Source: Euprymna scolopes
Lineage: Eukaryota
Strand: one strand, 5' to 3'
NCBI GenBank assembly: GCA_053919585.1
Contig: CM132814.1
Length of the DNA stretch: 64,000 nt
Of the stretch, positions 50,429-64,000 are shown piece after piece. The translations under genes were made by a program, and so were the position numbers. Position 1 is the first letter of the stretch; the number at the start of each line of letters is the position of its first letter. A model generated the notes under the pieces. That model searched no databases, had not been told where the DNA came from, and was given only the letters and a program-made list of their open reading frames with translations.

Positions 50429-52266
50429 AACTGAAGTAATGCCAAGGAAAACCATTGCATGTGGTGACTAACACACACAAACAACATACGCAAACTGGAT
50501 ACAGAGAAAAGGCTACAGATGTAAAACGCAAAAGAGCATCGCATGGAATCATGAAAACGGAAACTGCCTGTCGCTTTATCCCCATTAATTGGCAACGCAT
50601 AGAATATGTGAGTAGGCTCAAGGAGGATGGCAAAACTGAGTAGAGAAAGCACTAGCCAGTTCTCTGTCGGTTGTGTGCAATGGAGACTGAGCTCCCTTGT
50701 TAGAAAGAGAATTAGGTTGGCGAAAAGATTATTTCGGGATTGTTCATTTTGATTTTGAATAATGTATTTTCCAATAACGTTTCGCTATATTACTTTTATT
50801 TTATATATCATTTTTACAGTTTAGATCACTCTTATTAACTGTTTTTATGCATTCGTTTATAAGCAAATCACTTTTCTCTTCAGTACGTTGAATACTTTAG
50901 TATTCTTTGTTTGGGTCGAGATATTTATATTAACATAATAGGAAGAAGCCGCAAGAACTTTCTTGTCAAACTTAAACTAATTTATACACGTTATTTTGAA
51001 GCAAATAGATACATAGAGACAAGAAATCATTACATAATTAACTCTGTTTGGTGGCTGTAAACTTTTTACTCGATTTTTTTACGAGGCTTATTTGTTTTTC
51101 CTTGACAAAATGGCCACATATTTTGCTCAACTGTCACGAAATTTTGTCACCTAATTTTGCCACAAAACTTTGTCAAAATATTGTTCGCGCGAGAAACCTG
51201 GATCGATTACGGCAGCAGTGAAAGTTATGCTTTTGACGATAAATTCTCTGCTTTTCATTGTCAAAATTCACAACTTCTCAGACTAATAGGATATCCACTC
51301 CTATGATCTTGATTTTTGAAAATTCTTTATTAAATATGGAGATGTAAGACATAATTAAGACTTTAACACGCATTTATCTTATCAGATAGAGGTAGGCAAT
51401 CTCACATCTGACTCAAATTTTTGTTTAATTAATATATATAAGCATTTGTTTACTATATATAATAGAGCCGCTAACCGGTATTTTTTACTTGAACGTCACA
51501 ACTTAGCTAGGTCAAAAAGCCACTAAATCATAACGGGTCATAAATATAAGTAGTTATTGAGACAACTCAATTAAAGCGTATATTGGTTGAATAGTGGTAT
51601 AGCTTATGTATTAAAAAGAACGGACCAACAAAAACGTATTAGCAATAGATTTTATTATGACTAAATTATAGTCAGCCTTGAAAAAGTTCCACGGTATCTT
51701 GTTACACAGACCAGCAGCTTTAGGAAAGAATTTCTGATCATGGAATGTTTGTTTAGTTTAAGGACGGTATAGAGAGTAAAGGAAATTGTTGACGATTGTT
51801 TAGCTTAATGAGTATTTGTTACGGACGTTTTGCAGGATAACGGATTCGGCAATGGCTTTAAGCTCAGTCAACCACCTAGTATGAAATTAAAGATAAAGCC
51901 GAGTTAGTCTTCCGACGTGGCAAACGGTGGCATAACGGTGAAAAGATCATCAACAAATTCTGGAGACGGCTTTATACACTGTCAAGGAAGAAAAAGGTTT
52001 TCTCATTAGCTCGAAAGAAAATGTGATAGTAATACTCGACCTTGGTTCTTATTCGTTTCGGATTCAGCCGATTAGTAAGCAAAAAATTATATTAGCAAAA
52101 TTATGTTACAGATATACAAATTGCGGTTCTGAATAACAAACTTGCCAAGAATACCTGACCAGAACGTATTAGAGTTAATACTATGTAAAGCGTCTTGGTA
52201 AGTAAATTATTATTGAAATATATTTATCACCTTATCCAATATGGTTATATATATGTGCGTGTGTGT

Positions 52267-52299
<33 letters not shown>

Positions 52300-52587
52300 G
52301 TAAACTATATATATTCGTTTAGATATACTGCCAATGTTTTATAGTACTGGCTAGAATAACATTGCGATTGAATTGCAACTGAATATATTCTCTCGTTGTA
52401 AACATGCTCTGATTAAAGTAATGTTAATTCAGTTTTTCTGCGCTTAATGCATCCATGGTAAGTACATTCGTAAATCACGCAGCATTCTTTCTTATATAAA
52501 TTAATTACTTGTGAACAAAGGAGATGGTTCCACAGTGATTTTGTTTTGTAGCTTAACACTTTCTGGATCTATTGTACTTCTACAACA

Positions 52588-52653
<66 letters not shown>

Positions 52654-53464
52654 CGATTCACCTTATATCAGATTTAAGGAATGCCGAGTTCTGTATTGAA
52701 GTGGTTTATGAGATTTTGTAGACGGATTTCCCTGCAAAAATGGCAGAAATCGTAAAAATTTAAAAATAAACATCAAATAAAGATTCATCTCATACAACGT
52801 TTATATTTTAAATAGCAACCATGAAAGAAACAATAGAAAAAGCCGTAGTATATTACACTATTACTATAACACAATCTGTCTATCTATTTTTCTTTATCTC
52901 TCTTTCTTTCCCTGTCTCTGTAAGTATTCATCTATTTCTCTNNNNNNNNNNNNNNNNNNNNNNNNNNNNNNNNNNNNNNNNNNNNNNNNNNNNNNNNNNN
53001 NNNNNNNNNNNNNNNNNNNNNNNNNNNNNNNNNNNNNNNNNNNNNNNNNNNNNNNNNNNNNNNNNNNNNNNNNNNNNNNNNNNNNNNNNNNNNNNNNNNN
53101 NNNNNNNNNNNNNNNNNNNNNNNNNNNNNNNNNNNNNNNNNNNNNNNNNNNNNNNNNNNNNNNNAAAAAACAAAATTAATAATTGGTAATCAACATTTCG
53201 TCCCTATTTCGTATGAATCACATGATTTAATTGGGAAATGCTGAGAAAACACGCTACAGACCACATGCGAGTGCAAAACAGAAAAAAAATGTAGGTTCCT
53301 TTTTATTCTAGAAAATAAATTTTAAATGTGCGTTGAAATACTTTTTACTCTGCTGTTTATATAATATGGAATGCGTTTACGTGTAAGGTTTAATTAGTCT
53401 TTTATAGTGATAATTTATTAATTTACTAAGCATTCGTACTGTTAATTTTTTTTATTATTATTTA

Positions 53465-55430
53465 CTCACTAGGAGTATCTACAAAAACCTTTATATAAGA
53501 TGCTTTTTGAGAACAACTTGTGATGTTTCCTTGCAGTGTCGGTGATATCAAGTCGCCCTAGACGTCCAGTAATCTCCACTCGTTAAGATAAACTTTGCCA
53601 AATACGTGCGTTTTCGCAACAGCAGCTTATCGTTATTTTCCCCTTAGCGCGACTACTAGACTTCACTGGAATTTGGGTTGCAGTAAGCCTTCTCAAGATA
53701 CCAGTTCTCTTTGCACTAATCCAGAGGAGGTCTCTACCAGTGCTTTTTTATCTCGATCTTTCCATCCTCTTTGACCCTCATTATTTAGTGTGGTAATCGT
53801 TTATGGTGCTTCTCACACGCACAAATCAAAAAAGGACCGGTATCTTACAATTATACAGTTTCAATTTCATGATTCAATTTGATGCTTCTTCGTAACTGTT
53901 TGATGCATCTGTAAACGTTTATGTGTCCAGTATATGTGTAAATTGTGTGGTGTGTTAATCTCCAGATTCAGAGGGGTTCCTTAGTATTTCTGCAGTTTAC
54001 ATGATAGAAATTTGTCCTATATACTCAGATATCCTTCTGATTACAATTTCAACTAGTCTTTTTATCAAAGTGTTTTGTATCGTCCTTAGCGCTTTTACTA
54101 TTCATAGTGTTTTCTGGACATTTTTCATTCTCCAGCTCTTTTTGAGCTCTGCCCATAACCGTGCATTTGCTAAGTTTCATAGTCTCCTTGATCTGCACTT
54201 TGTGGCCTGCTGAAACGGCAAAATCTACAATCGCGAGAACTGTTCTACTTGTAAACTATTATGATATCCGGTATTCTGGCTGTAATGGGTTTATCCGTTT
54301 GTATACCCATGTTCCATAAGATAATGTGGTATTAATGTTTCGAGTGCTGGTGCCTGTTTATCTTTGTATGATATGTATGAATGGTTAAGATATAATGCTT
54401 GCCATAATTGCAAATGTACTGCGTTCCCCACTTTTATATTCGTTTCGGGCGTGTTTGCTTATTTCACTTATTATGTGGTTTATTGTGTCTTCCTTTTGTT
54501 AATAGCATATGCATGTGCTGTTTTCTTGTTTTGTCTATCTTTGCTTAGATTTGGTGTGTTCTTATTGTCTTATTTTGTACAGCTGTTAATAGTGATTCAA
54601 TTTGTCTCTTTATGTTTCCATGTTGTAGCAATTACCCAGCGTTTCGTTAGTCTTTTTTGTAATATCTAAGAATCGTTTATATAATTAGTTGTTGTTTTTT
54701 TTCATTTTTCTGCGTCTTATTGCTTATCTTGTTGTCTACCTTGTTATTTTTTGTCTGTGCTTCTTGCTGCAATAATTATTTATTCAGTGTTCTGAATTCT
54801 GTATTATCTTGTTTTTTTTGGTTATTTACATAGTTATCTATACAGACCAGTCCTTTTCCTCCCTCTTACATTTTTACATATAGTAGATCAGTATCATCCT
54901 TCAGGTGTGCATTTTTCATTGTTAAAAGTTTCCTGGAGTCTGATCGTGATTCCTCACTTGTCCTTTGACCCAGCTTATAAGCGGTCCAGATTATCGAATT
55001 AGTGACACTGTCTACGTGCGTATCTTTTAAATGAGGATGTTACTATATAGTCTAGTTTCCAAAAGTGTTCTTGTTCTTCTGAGAAGTTAATTTTCTATTT
55101 TCTCTTTTATTTCCCTTGCTTTGATGGCGCCTGCTTCCGGCACTCTCAACTATACTTAGCTATTATGTTCACGTAGTGCCATAATTCTGTATGATAAAGT
55201 AGTATTATACACAGTGTTTCTTTTAGTGTTCCCATCCTTATCGACAGTAGTGCGTACTTTTTCATACCGTATTCCGTTCGGATATCCTGGCTAAACAGTA
55301 TTGAATTTATTAGCGTTTCTAGTTCCGTCTTTAATTTTAAATAAAATTTCAGGTTATCCCTATACATTAGGAGGTTCACCTTTCCTTTGCCATAGTGAAG
55401 TTGTATCAGATTTGGCATTTTAAAATTGTT
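53465..55430 (-). mobile_element. 5'-truncated R4/Dong-like retrotransposon flanked by AAT repeats
   Basis: KVNLLMYRDNLK...ELETLINSILFSQDIRTEYGMKK and RIPDII...IVDFAVSAGHKV...ELKKSW (RLE). A long AAT tract lies at 55430-55520 and a short one at ~53453-53463. Confidence 0.85.
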
Positions 55431-55477
55431 ATTATTATTCATATTTATAGTCATATCCATATTCATATTCATATTCA

Positions 55478-55526
<49 letters not shown>

Positions 55527-55739
55527 TTTCATACAGACAATTAACAATATATTCTCTATGAGAACGACCTGTGATGTTCTCTTTAATCGGAGTTATAACA
55601 AATATGTCCACATTTACAGTATTCATCAATTATTTCGATTTACAAAATAACGTGTGCTATAGTACCACATGTTTACTATTAATTAATAAATAAGTGTTTA
55701 TTTGTACATTTATGTCATATACTATTCGTTGTCTCCCTA

Positions 55740-55980
55740 TTCAAATACTGTTTTCGGGTTGTACTCGCACCGTTTCTCTATGCATTATTAGTGGCAAACA
55801 AGGAGCTGTCACACGGGTTATCAAAACCCCTCTTTGAATCCAACCTGTGGCGCTCGCTGACAGAAAGTGTGACAACAAGTCTCCTCAAATTTTCAGTACT
55901 CTCTCCCTCTTCTGATAACATTTGCAAACAAATTCGCATTATTGCAACAGACGATTTAGATTGATTTCTCGCTGATATCG
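55740..55980 (-). mobile_element. Short 3'-UTR-only R4/Dong-like fragment
   Basis: ctctccctct...atttgcaaa...attcgcatt...ttgatttctc matches 56177-56250 and the inverted copy at 45265-45355. Confidence 0.6.
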
Positions 55981-55982
55981 TA

Positions 55983-56038
<56 letters not shown>

Positions 56039-56071
56039 ATTATTATTATTATTGTTATTGTTGTTGTTGTT

Positions 56072-57590
56072 GTCTTACAAGGAGGTTTTACAAAAGTCAT
56101 CCTAGATATCACATTAAGGCAGCCTGTGATATTTCCTTGAATCTGAGGGACAGCACGTCCTCCTATATTTGATAGAACTCTCCCTCTCTTTCGATAATAT
56201 TTGCAAATGAATTTGCATTTTCGCAACCTCTGCTTTCTGTTGATTTCTCCGTTGAAGCAGTCATTGGCCTTCATTAGAATTTGAGTGGCAATAAGCCTCC
56301 CCAAAGTCCCAGTTCTCTTCGCACTTACACACCGGAGGTCTGATCAGTGTAATTCTTTGACTCTATTAGGCTATTCGTTTTCACTCTTTTTTGTAGACGT
56401 AAGTTATGTGGTAATGGGAGGTTAGAGAGCTTTTAGGTATGCAGATTCAATATTCTTGGTTTCATCTAGTGTTTCATGTTTTGCTCTGCAGCAGATTTTT
56501 TTTCCGCGTGTGTGGTTCAGGTGTCTCTACATTTGTATTTATTTGGCCGATACTCTGATTCCTCTTTCTCCCATTCTTTTTTCGAAGATTTTCGAGATCT
56601 TTCATATGCTTCTGCTATTATAGGCATTATTTTGATTTTCTTCATTTTCCATATACCTTTCAGCTCTGGCCAGCTCTGTGCATTTGCTCCGTTTTCTTTG
56701 ATATTAACCCAGTGTTCAGCTGGAACAGAAAATCTGTGATTTGACAGGAGGTTTCTTTATTTTTAATTATTACGATATCCGGATTTCTTGCTTGGATTGG
56801 TTAATCATTTTGTATGGCCATGCCCCATATGATTTTGTTATTCTTGTTTTCAGTAACGGTTGCCTGCTTGTGTTTGTACAACTTGTATTTGCGTTCAAGC
56901 TGCAGTTGTTTACATAATTTCCAGTTTACTGCTCTTTCAACTTGATCCTGTCTGTTCGTGTATTCTTTTGAACGAGCTGTTTTGTAATCACTTATTATAT
57001 GCTTTATAGTTTCGTCTTTTCTCTGACAAAGTCTGCATTTACTGTTTCTTCTGTTTTATCGATCGTTGTTTTGATGCGGTTGCTTTTTATGGAGTTTTCT
57101 TGTGCTGCAGTTATTAGGGATCTACTTTCTCGGTTAACTTGTACTTTTCGCATGCATATCCAATTGTTTTCGTTTTTTTTTTTCATCTTTTGTTATCCTC
57201 ACGAATCTTTCATGTAGCTGTTTTTCCCCCAGTTTTCTTTTCTCGTCTAATGCTTTAGTAGTTCTGTTTTATCTATTTGTTACGTGTTTTCTGCTGCAAT
57301 GATTATTTTTCCTTGTTCTTTTTTTTTTTTGTATAATTCACACAGTATTTTTTAAAAACTTTATTTCTTTTACCGTAGAGTCGGTCAATATCATCCTTTG
57401 GGTGTAGTGAATTTTAAATGATCACGCGATTTTTGCTCTTCTGCTCGGGATGTCTCATTTCTCCTTTGGTCCATAATATGAACAGTCCTGAGTATCTTTT
57501 TGTAGTGATACTGCGCATGGATTTTTTTTACTTATATTCGGTTTCTTCAATATAAGTTAGTGTTTAGAATTGTTTTTGTTCTGAGATATT
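56072..57590 (-). mobile_element. 5'-truncated R4/Dong-like retrotransposon bounded by AAT tracts on both sides
   Basis: HYTQRMILTDST (frameshifted HPKDDIDRLY), NRESRSLITAAQENSIKSNRIK, IQARNPDIV...DFLFQL and K.AQSWPELK...KIKIMPII. (ATT)n at 55985-56071 and 57593-57634. Confidence 0.87.
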
Positions 57591-57634
<44 letters not shown>

Positions 57635-58398
57635 GTGTGATTTAAATAGGAACAAAACGATGTCTGCATTTTGTTCTTAGGAAGTTATATGTTCGACTCC
57701 ATAAGCAAATTTTATCAGCTGCCTTTGTTCACACCCGCGAAAGCACTTTCTGTTAAATAGCTGTTATGTTGTTGGTTTCTGTGTTGTAATAATGAGTTTC
57801 GTGTTGAAAGTTGGTTTATTTTACTCTCCTATAATATTTGCTTATTTAAAAAATACAGGAAGTTACTTAAGATTGTCTANNNNNNNNNNNNNNNNNNNNN
57901 NNNNNNNNNNNNNNNNNNNNNNNNNNNNNNNNNNNNNNNNNNNNNNNNNNNNNNNNNNNNNNNNNNNNNNNNNNNNNNNNNNNNNNNNNNNNNNNNNNNN
58001 NNNNNNNNNNNNNNNNNNNNNNNNNNNNNNNNNNNNNNNNNNNNNNNNAAGAATCAGAAAATATGAAGAGAAATAGTGTTTGGATATTTTTTTAAATTAA
58101 CCGTTGGATACTTGTTTCAGATAATGCATGGAAGATATATACTCACTTTTCTACACACATTCTTTTGCGATTTAATCCAAATGTTTAAACTTCACATGGC
58201 ATCAACTTATACAATACAAAAAACAAAACAGTGAATACGTTCTAACATCATGCGCATGAATCCGTTCGATTAACTGATAAAAAAAGCGCGTGAAAACAAC
58301 AAGTATGATTTAATAGCTAGATAAACAAAAGGTGTAGTATATATGTATGTACCTGAAAAGACTATGTGTATTACAATTTCAAATTGTAATAATAATAG

Positions 58399-58447
<49 letters not shown>

Positions 58448-59183
58448 CATGCTCATCTAGGAAAGTCAAATAAATTCCTGAAATACTTATTGATCATCAT
58501 CTGTCGATTATTTTGACCTTGTTCCACAATAGTGTCGCTGTTTTTTTTCTTTTTCTTTTCACATGCGATAAGGTTGTCGCGACTTTCCGACCTCTCCCTG
58601 TATCACAGATCTTCTGTGTATAAATTTAAGAGTCAAGCAATTCAGCGCAGCTGCAAATGTGCTAAAAATACTAAGCAAACCCACTCAAGAGATTAGTACA
58701 ATTTGGAGGTTTGTAAGTGTAGAAACATTATACATCCTTTAATTATCGGCGAATGAAGGATGATTATTATCTGTCGAACCGTATTAATGTTTCCTCAATA
58801 ATCATCAACTAGGGGCTCACTCTAAGAATGCAAACATATAATTTTTCTTTTCCAGACAAAAAAAACATTACTGAAGTCGGTGTGCAGAGTATTTAACTGG
58901 AACATTGCATAAACAACACTCAACGTGAGAAAACTAGTCCGATCAATACAAGTAATATGATGCGAGTTGTTATTCTAATGACTAAGTTTCCATTATGAAT
59001 ATATTTAAATAGTCGTTTAAATAAATTTCTTACAAAATATATGATGTTGATATACATTCCTTTTATTTTCTGTTTTTTTTTTGTTCTTACATATACTTTT
59101 AACATATTCACTATTAAATTTATGCGCTTATTTTTTATATTCACCCTTATGAAAGCAGTCTCCGATTATTCATTTACGTGTAT

Positions 59184-59243
<60 letters not shown>

Positions 59244-60167
59244 AATAGGATTAAAAATCAAGACATTTCATGCAAATATAATATGCACAAACTGCAACAA
59301 AATATCTGAGGTGTGTTATAGGCATATTACCTCTCCACTTCCTCGATATATAGATTTCTATATTTTTTCTGCTGAGAATTCAATTCCACAATCTGTAAAA
59401 ACCAATGGAAGCAGTAAATTCTTTTATCTCTAATTAATTCTGCCTTTCCCTGCCACCACTTACACTGTTTCTGGATCGTTCACAAGAGACAGTTACGCCG
59501 GTTCGGGTTTTCTTTACTTCGTAGTAAGTTAAAAATTGGAATGGAACTTTACCGTGCCTTTTCGTTCTATGCTTCCTTTTGAGTGAAAGGCACCACGGAA
59601 TTAACCGATACCGACATTCCCACAAACATGAATTTTTACCTAACGCTTTATTTTACGTTGCTTAATAACCATTTATATTACTACAACAAATTGTATAGCA
59701 TACTATTCAAACATTCTTTTAGAGAAATTCGTATTCTGTAATACGAATTCAGTTTACACATAGAAAATCGCGTTTACTAAACACACCCGCAACGAACTTA
59801 CCTTTGATTCTATACACCCATTTTTTAAAGAAAATAAACATATCATATATCATTTCCGTTTTATTTAGTTTTGTAGTTGCTTAAAAAAGCTAAAATGGAA
59901 TTTCAACGTGCATTTTAATTCTATGCTTTCAACGAGGTGAAACGCACCATGGGCTACACAGAATCGAACTAGCCTTGGATGCCATGTTTTACAACAAACT
60001 TAATTGGTCTCCAAGTCTTACTTATAAAACATTTGTTTTTCTTTCAGCGTACCCTCATCAATTAACACTTAGCAGCCAATATTCAGGCAAATGCACTTTC
60101 ATATCACATTGCATTATACAACCGGTAACTTTTTTGTTAAGGGACTTAAAATCACCAAACTCAGTTG

Positions 60168-60250
60168 GAGTGCTCCGTGGCGTAGTGGTTACCTAGCGTT
60201 GTCGTGTTTTTTGTCCAAACACCAAGAATTTAAATTTTAAACACCCTTTC
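60168..60250 (+). repeat. Degenerate tRNA-derived SINE head
   Basis: A-box-like TGGCGTAGTGG at 60178-60188. No intact B box or cloverleaf. Confidence 0.3.
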
Positions 60251-61319
60251 ATTCATTAAATTTTTGTACGTTTTCCATTTACTAAACCAGATTCCGTTGC
60301 ATTTCTGTGCAAAGAACACAGTTACCTACAAAACTGGAATAGAATTTAACATTTCCTTCCTTTCAAATATTTATCTTAGAAAATTAAAATGCACATTGAG
60401 TTTCCTTTCTTCACCAGCAAGGGATGAAACTTACAACATAACTTATATTGTGGCATTTCTTTTTAAAGTGTTTGCCATACAAAATTAGTAATTCTTTCAA
60501 TTTTTCGCGCAGAAAATATACACATAACATTTATATTACAACAAATTTGGTTCTTATGTTTGGGGAATAAATAGAGTTTCATTTTTTTGCCTAGAGGGCT
60601 TAGTGAAAACATCTATAATAATGTTAGTTTCCCCCAAAAAATTGGTGCCTAAAGCGGCTCTGATTCTTTCCATCTTTTCGCAAAAATAAAAACAATCGAA
60701 ATCATTTCCCATTCATTTCGTTTCCAAAATATGTCCGCTGTTTGCATTTCCTTAAACTTTACTCCCGTCATATATTACTAAATCGTTTCATAATTACTAA
60801 ACTCAGACATGCGATTCAGTATTTTAAACGTTGAAATTATTTTTTTGTCGGTAGCAGTGGGGGAAACAAACATGAACTTTATTGTGTCATTTTTTCCAGT
60901 TTTAAAAGCGATCAAATATCAGAAATCCAAAATACAAGACCATAGAGTTAATTAGTTGAGTTTATAACAATCTTTCATTTTTACACAATACAATTTTTAC
61001 AATATGCCACCAAAAAAGACTTCCCTTAGTCGTAATACAACAGCACTTTCAACCAGAAACATATCGACAATGGGGGCATTATGAACAGTCTCAGGAAGAT
61101 ACTTTTGGTACTTCATTGATGAAAACGTAAATCATGAATATAGGTCACATCAGCAAGTTAATTTTAACCCAGACTCATATGAGGCGGAACAGTCTCAACC
61201 TACATTGTGGAAGTAATGGATGCGCAAAACAGACATGCTATATTAGAAGCAATGCATAGACGAACAGTATGTACAACCGCTCCTAAATCATCTTTCTGAT
61301 ACTTTAATAAATTCAAACA

Positions 61320-61550
61320 TGGCCACGTTACTATTTCTTGGTGGCCGAGCTGTTAACTCCGCACGTTTTTTTTTCACATTTATTTTACAACTTCGGTTTC
61401 GATCCTTCCTACTTACCTATCAAAGCTTTTACTTTTACCCCCCCACCGAAAACAAACACTCATTCTTTCTTTATTATTTCTTCGGTTTTGATTTACCCAA
61501 ATTCACACACATCTCGAAACACCCGGCCAACGCCGGTTACCCCCGTTAGT
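61320..61550 (+). mobile_element. Helitron-type 3' end
   Basis: Subterminal hairpin ccggc-caac-gccgg about 10 nt before gttag|t (CTAG-like). Confidence 0.5.
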
Positions 61551-61949
61551 TTAAAATAATTTGCTTATATCTTAGTATGTAAAGCGATTCAACTCTACGT
61601 AGGTTTCACCTACCATTTTTATTAGGAGTGTATTTACTAACTTTAACGAGATTTGTCTAATCAATGGGATATTTTTCGTTAAGTCAATTTATGCAGGATG
61701 CTAATCATATATAGGTTTATTAGTAACTAACTTACATAGTTCATTTAATGAAACTCAATGGTTAATATACCTGAATTTTGACAGCAGTATGTAAAACAAA
61801 AATATGTTAAAGATTTGTCACTAACCCTGACGTTATTTTCATAAATAAAACTTTTTACATTATATTAGACCTTCCTACTTTTGTCTAAAATAATTTTCTT
61901 CCGATTCTAAAGTTATAATCGTTTATACTATTCAATTTACGTTTCATTT

Positions 61950-62950
61950 GTTTGAATTGATTTGATACGATTTATTGTGTATCATAGTGGTATACCACAC
62001 CTTTATTTAATTTGTATTATGCAGTTTATTTAATGTATCCATTTTGTAAACTTGTATCAATAATTTGATAAACTTCCTTTGATATATCCATTTTCACCTG
62101 CTCGCTTTTATTCATCTTTCCCCTTTCTTAATCATAGTATTATTGATATTATAAATCTTATTAACATTTACTGGTTTTACTCCTTTATTATTATCTGTGT
62201 TTACCATAATCCCAATCCTGTTGGTTTTTAAATCAGTATTTCCATCTAATTACGTGTTATTATTTGTAAGGATAATTTTATTGCTTCATTTTTATATCCA
62301 GTTTTTCAACAACTACTATAAAGATACAATAAAGTGAATTAAGCCTCATTATGATAAGTTATCCGGAAATAAATATTCATTGTTTTTTTTTCCTGTCGCA
62401 CCTTGCAGCCCAGTATCGAGCATCACATATTTGAATATCTACTCCAGAACAATATACCTGTCTTTTTGGGTAACGGGATGAAAACAAATGTTTTTCCTCT
62501 CTGCAATTTGCAGAAATAATTTAACACCTCTTATTCAAGAGATAAAGTCCTCGAAAGAATATACACCGCTGATGTTAGTGCACTGGCCGAATGGATGTCG
62601 GTATTGACTATGAATTTTCTTATGCTAACAGAAAAGGTAATTTGGAAAATTTTAAACTTACTAGTTTGCATATTCCATCAAGAATTGATGGAAAAATTAT
62701 TCTGTAAATAGACTGACAGATATTCCTTAAATATAATTAAGTGATGGCAGTAATTTAAGTGTTGATATATAAATTGATATCTATTATCCTTATTGAAAAC
62801 ATAAGTTTCGATGACTTGATATTTAAAATATGGGATTGTTTTTTAAATGTATATCTTATAGCAATGTGTGTATGTATTGTTATTTTTTCGCTGTTCATGT
62901 ATTTCCATATTTTCTTAATCATGCTCTTGTGACAGTTGCTAAATGATTAA
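61950..62950 (-). mobile_element. Possible piggyBac transposase remnant, very decayed
   Basis: Minus-strand pieces SMIKK.YG...QYI, VYLQNNF and KVWY loosely follow piggyBac DESMxxYxGxHxxKQYI, VYxDNFF and KKWY in the correct order. Confidence 0.35.
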
Positions 62951-64000
62951 TGGCATAGACTTAATTCATCCGTGTGCAACGTTTATTCCAGAGAGACATT
63001 TTCTTCAAACCCAACTTTGTCATTGGGCCTTATCTTCTCCGAAAGGGTTAAAAAAAATAAAAGAGTGCCGAACTATCACACTTTGGAAACATTAAAGACG
63101 ATTTTAATGTCCTAAAAAAACACGGAACTTAATTTTATTTTTTTGTTTATTGTCTTTCTTTAAATATTATGATATAGTACCGGCTAGATATTCGAAATTA
63201 TGTAAATAAAGAGCTCAACCGTTAGAAAAACAGACTGAACTGTTGTGGTGACGCCTTATGCACAAGATATGAACTCACCTAACTGTAAAAACTGAGTTTC
63301 AACTCTGAGGGGGCGGTGTAATTTTCGTTGTCACTACGAAGCCAGTATTACTACGAAAGTTTCACTTTGCATATGCGTGTGCTTTGTTTCCTTATAACTT
63401 ACCTTTTACTTCGATTGCATAATATTATATTTTACATTTCAAATTAAAGAAATACTTTAAAGCTGAACCAAATTCGTCATGGTTTAGATTTATTTAATTT
63501 CTTTAATTAAAATTTTCGTAAGCAAGTATTTGTGCACAAAGACTGAGATTTTGTTTTGCTAATCATCTGCATAAAAACAGAAAAGAAAAGAAGAAAAAGG
63601 AAGATGCTTTAAGAAAAGGAACTGAAAAGGCTGACAGCTGTTTTATGACAGAACAGGTAACGTTTATTAGCGCGCGTTAAAAAACTTGTGAAGAGAAAAA
63701 AAGATGCATTATGGCGTTTTAAACGCTAAATCTTATTTACTTATTTATTTTAAACGCCAAATCTATTTTAAACGCTAAATTTATGTAAAAAGTGAAATTA
63801 ATTTTTAACGAAGAATCTATTAATTTTTATAAAAATAATTTTTAGTGAAATTTTTACCGTGAATAATATAATTATACTTAGTAACTAATATTCTTCACCA
63901 TACTATAAGAGTAATTGGCATATATATAAATTTTCACGTCTGTTTGTATATATGTCTGTACCTTTGTATTATATAGAGAAATAGCGCTAAATTTATAGTT

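Noticed and set aside
50253-50652. Poly-His/Met/Ser ORFs, and the YIYI, poly-N and poly-I ORFs elsewhere
   Set aside because: Translations of the GAT, TA and AAT microsatellites.
54001-54669. Hydrophobic membrane-protein-like ORFs (also 56476-57217 and 45936-46190)
   Set aside because: Antisense frames of A-rich R4/Dong-like remnants.
59434-59625. Minus-strand ORF or exon with a gtaagt donor
   Set aside because: No recognisable protein similarity and no convincing acceptor.

Overview
AT-rich, microsatellite-dense, gapped draft sequence from a eukaryote, most likely an invertebrate metazoan (inference). I recognise no intact host gene. The window is largely decayed transposable elements: three copies of a CR1-Zenon-like LINE, a Penelope-like RT/GIY-YIG remnant, an RTE LINE, three Gypsy pol remnants (one followed by an env-like fusion-protein remnant), six fragments of an R4/Dong-like RLE retrotransposon (three of them in AAT microsatellites), mariner, Tc1, hAT, Chapaev-like and possible piggyBac transposase fossils, MITEs and Helitron-type repeats. 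Most interesting: (i) a palindromic small repeat family with a near-complete type I hammerhead ribozyme; (ii) a tRNA-headed SINE-like family with a hammerhead-like core next to the Penelope remnant; (iii) the env-bearing Gypsy fossil; (iv) a 115-bp unit present twice at 97% identity, one copy interrupting an old integrase; (v) a GC-rich island with a repeated palindromic and peptide unit. All translations and alignments were done by eye, family assignments come from recalled motifs with no database search, and most boundaries are approximate.
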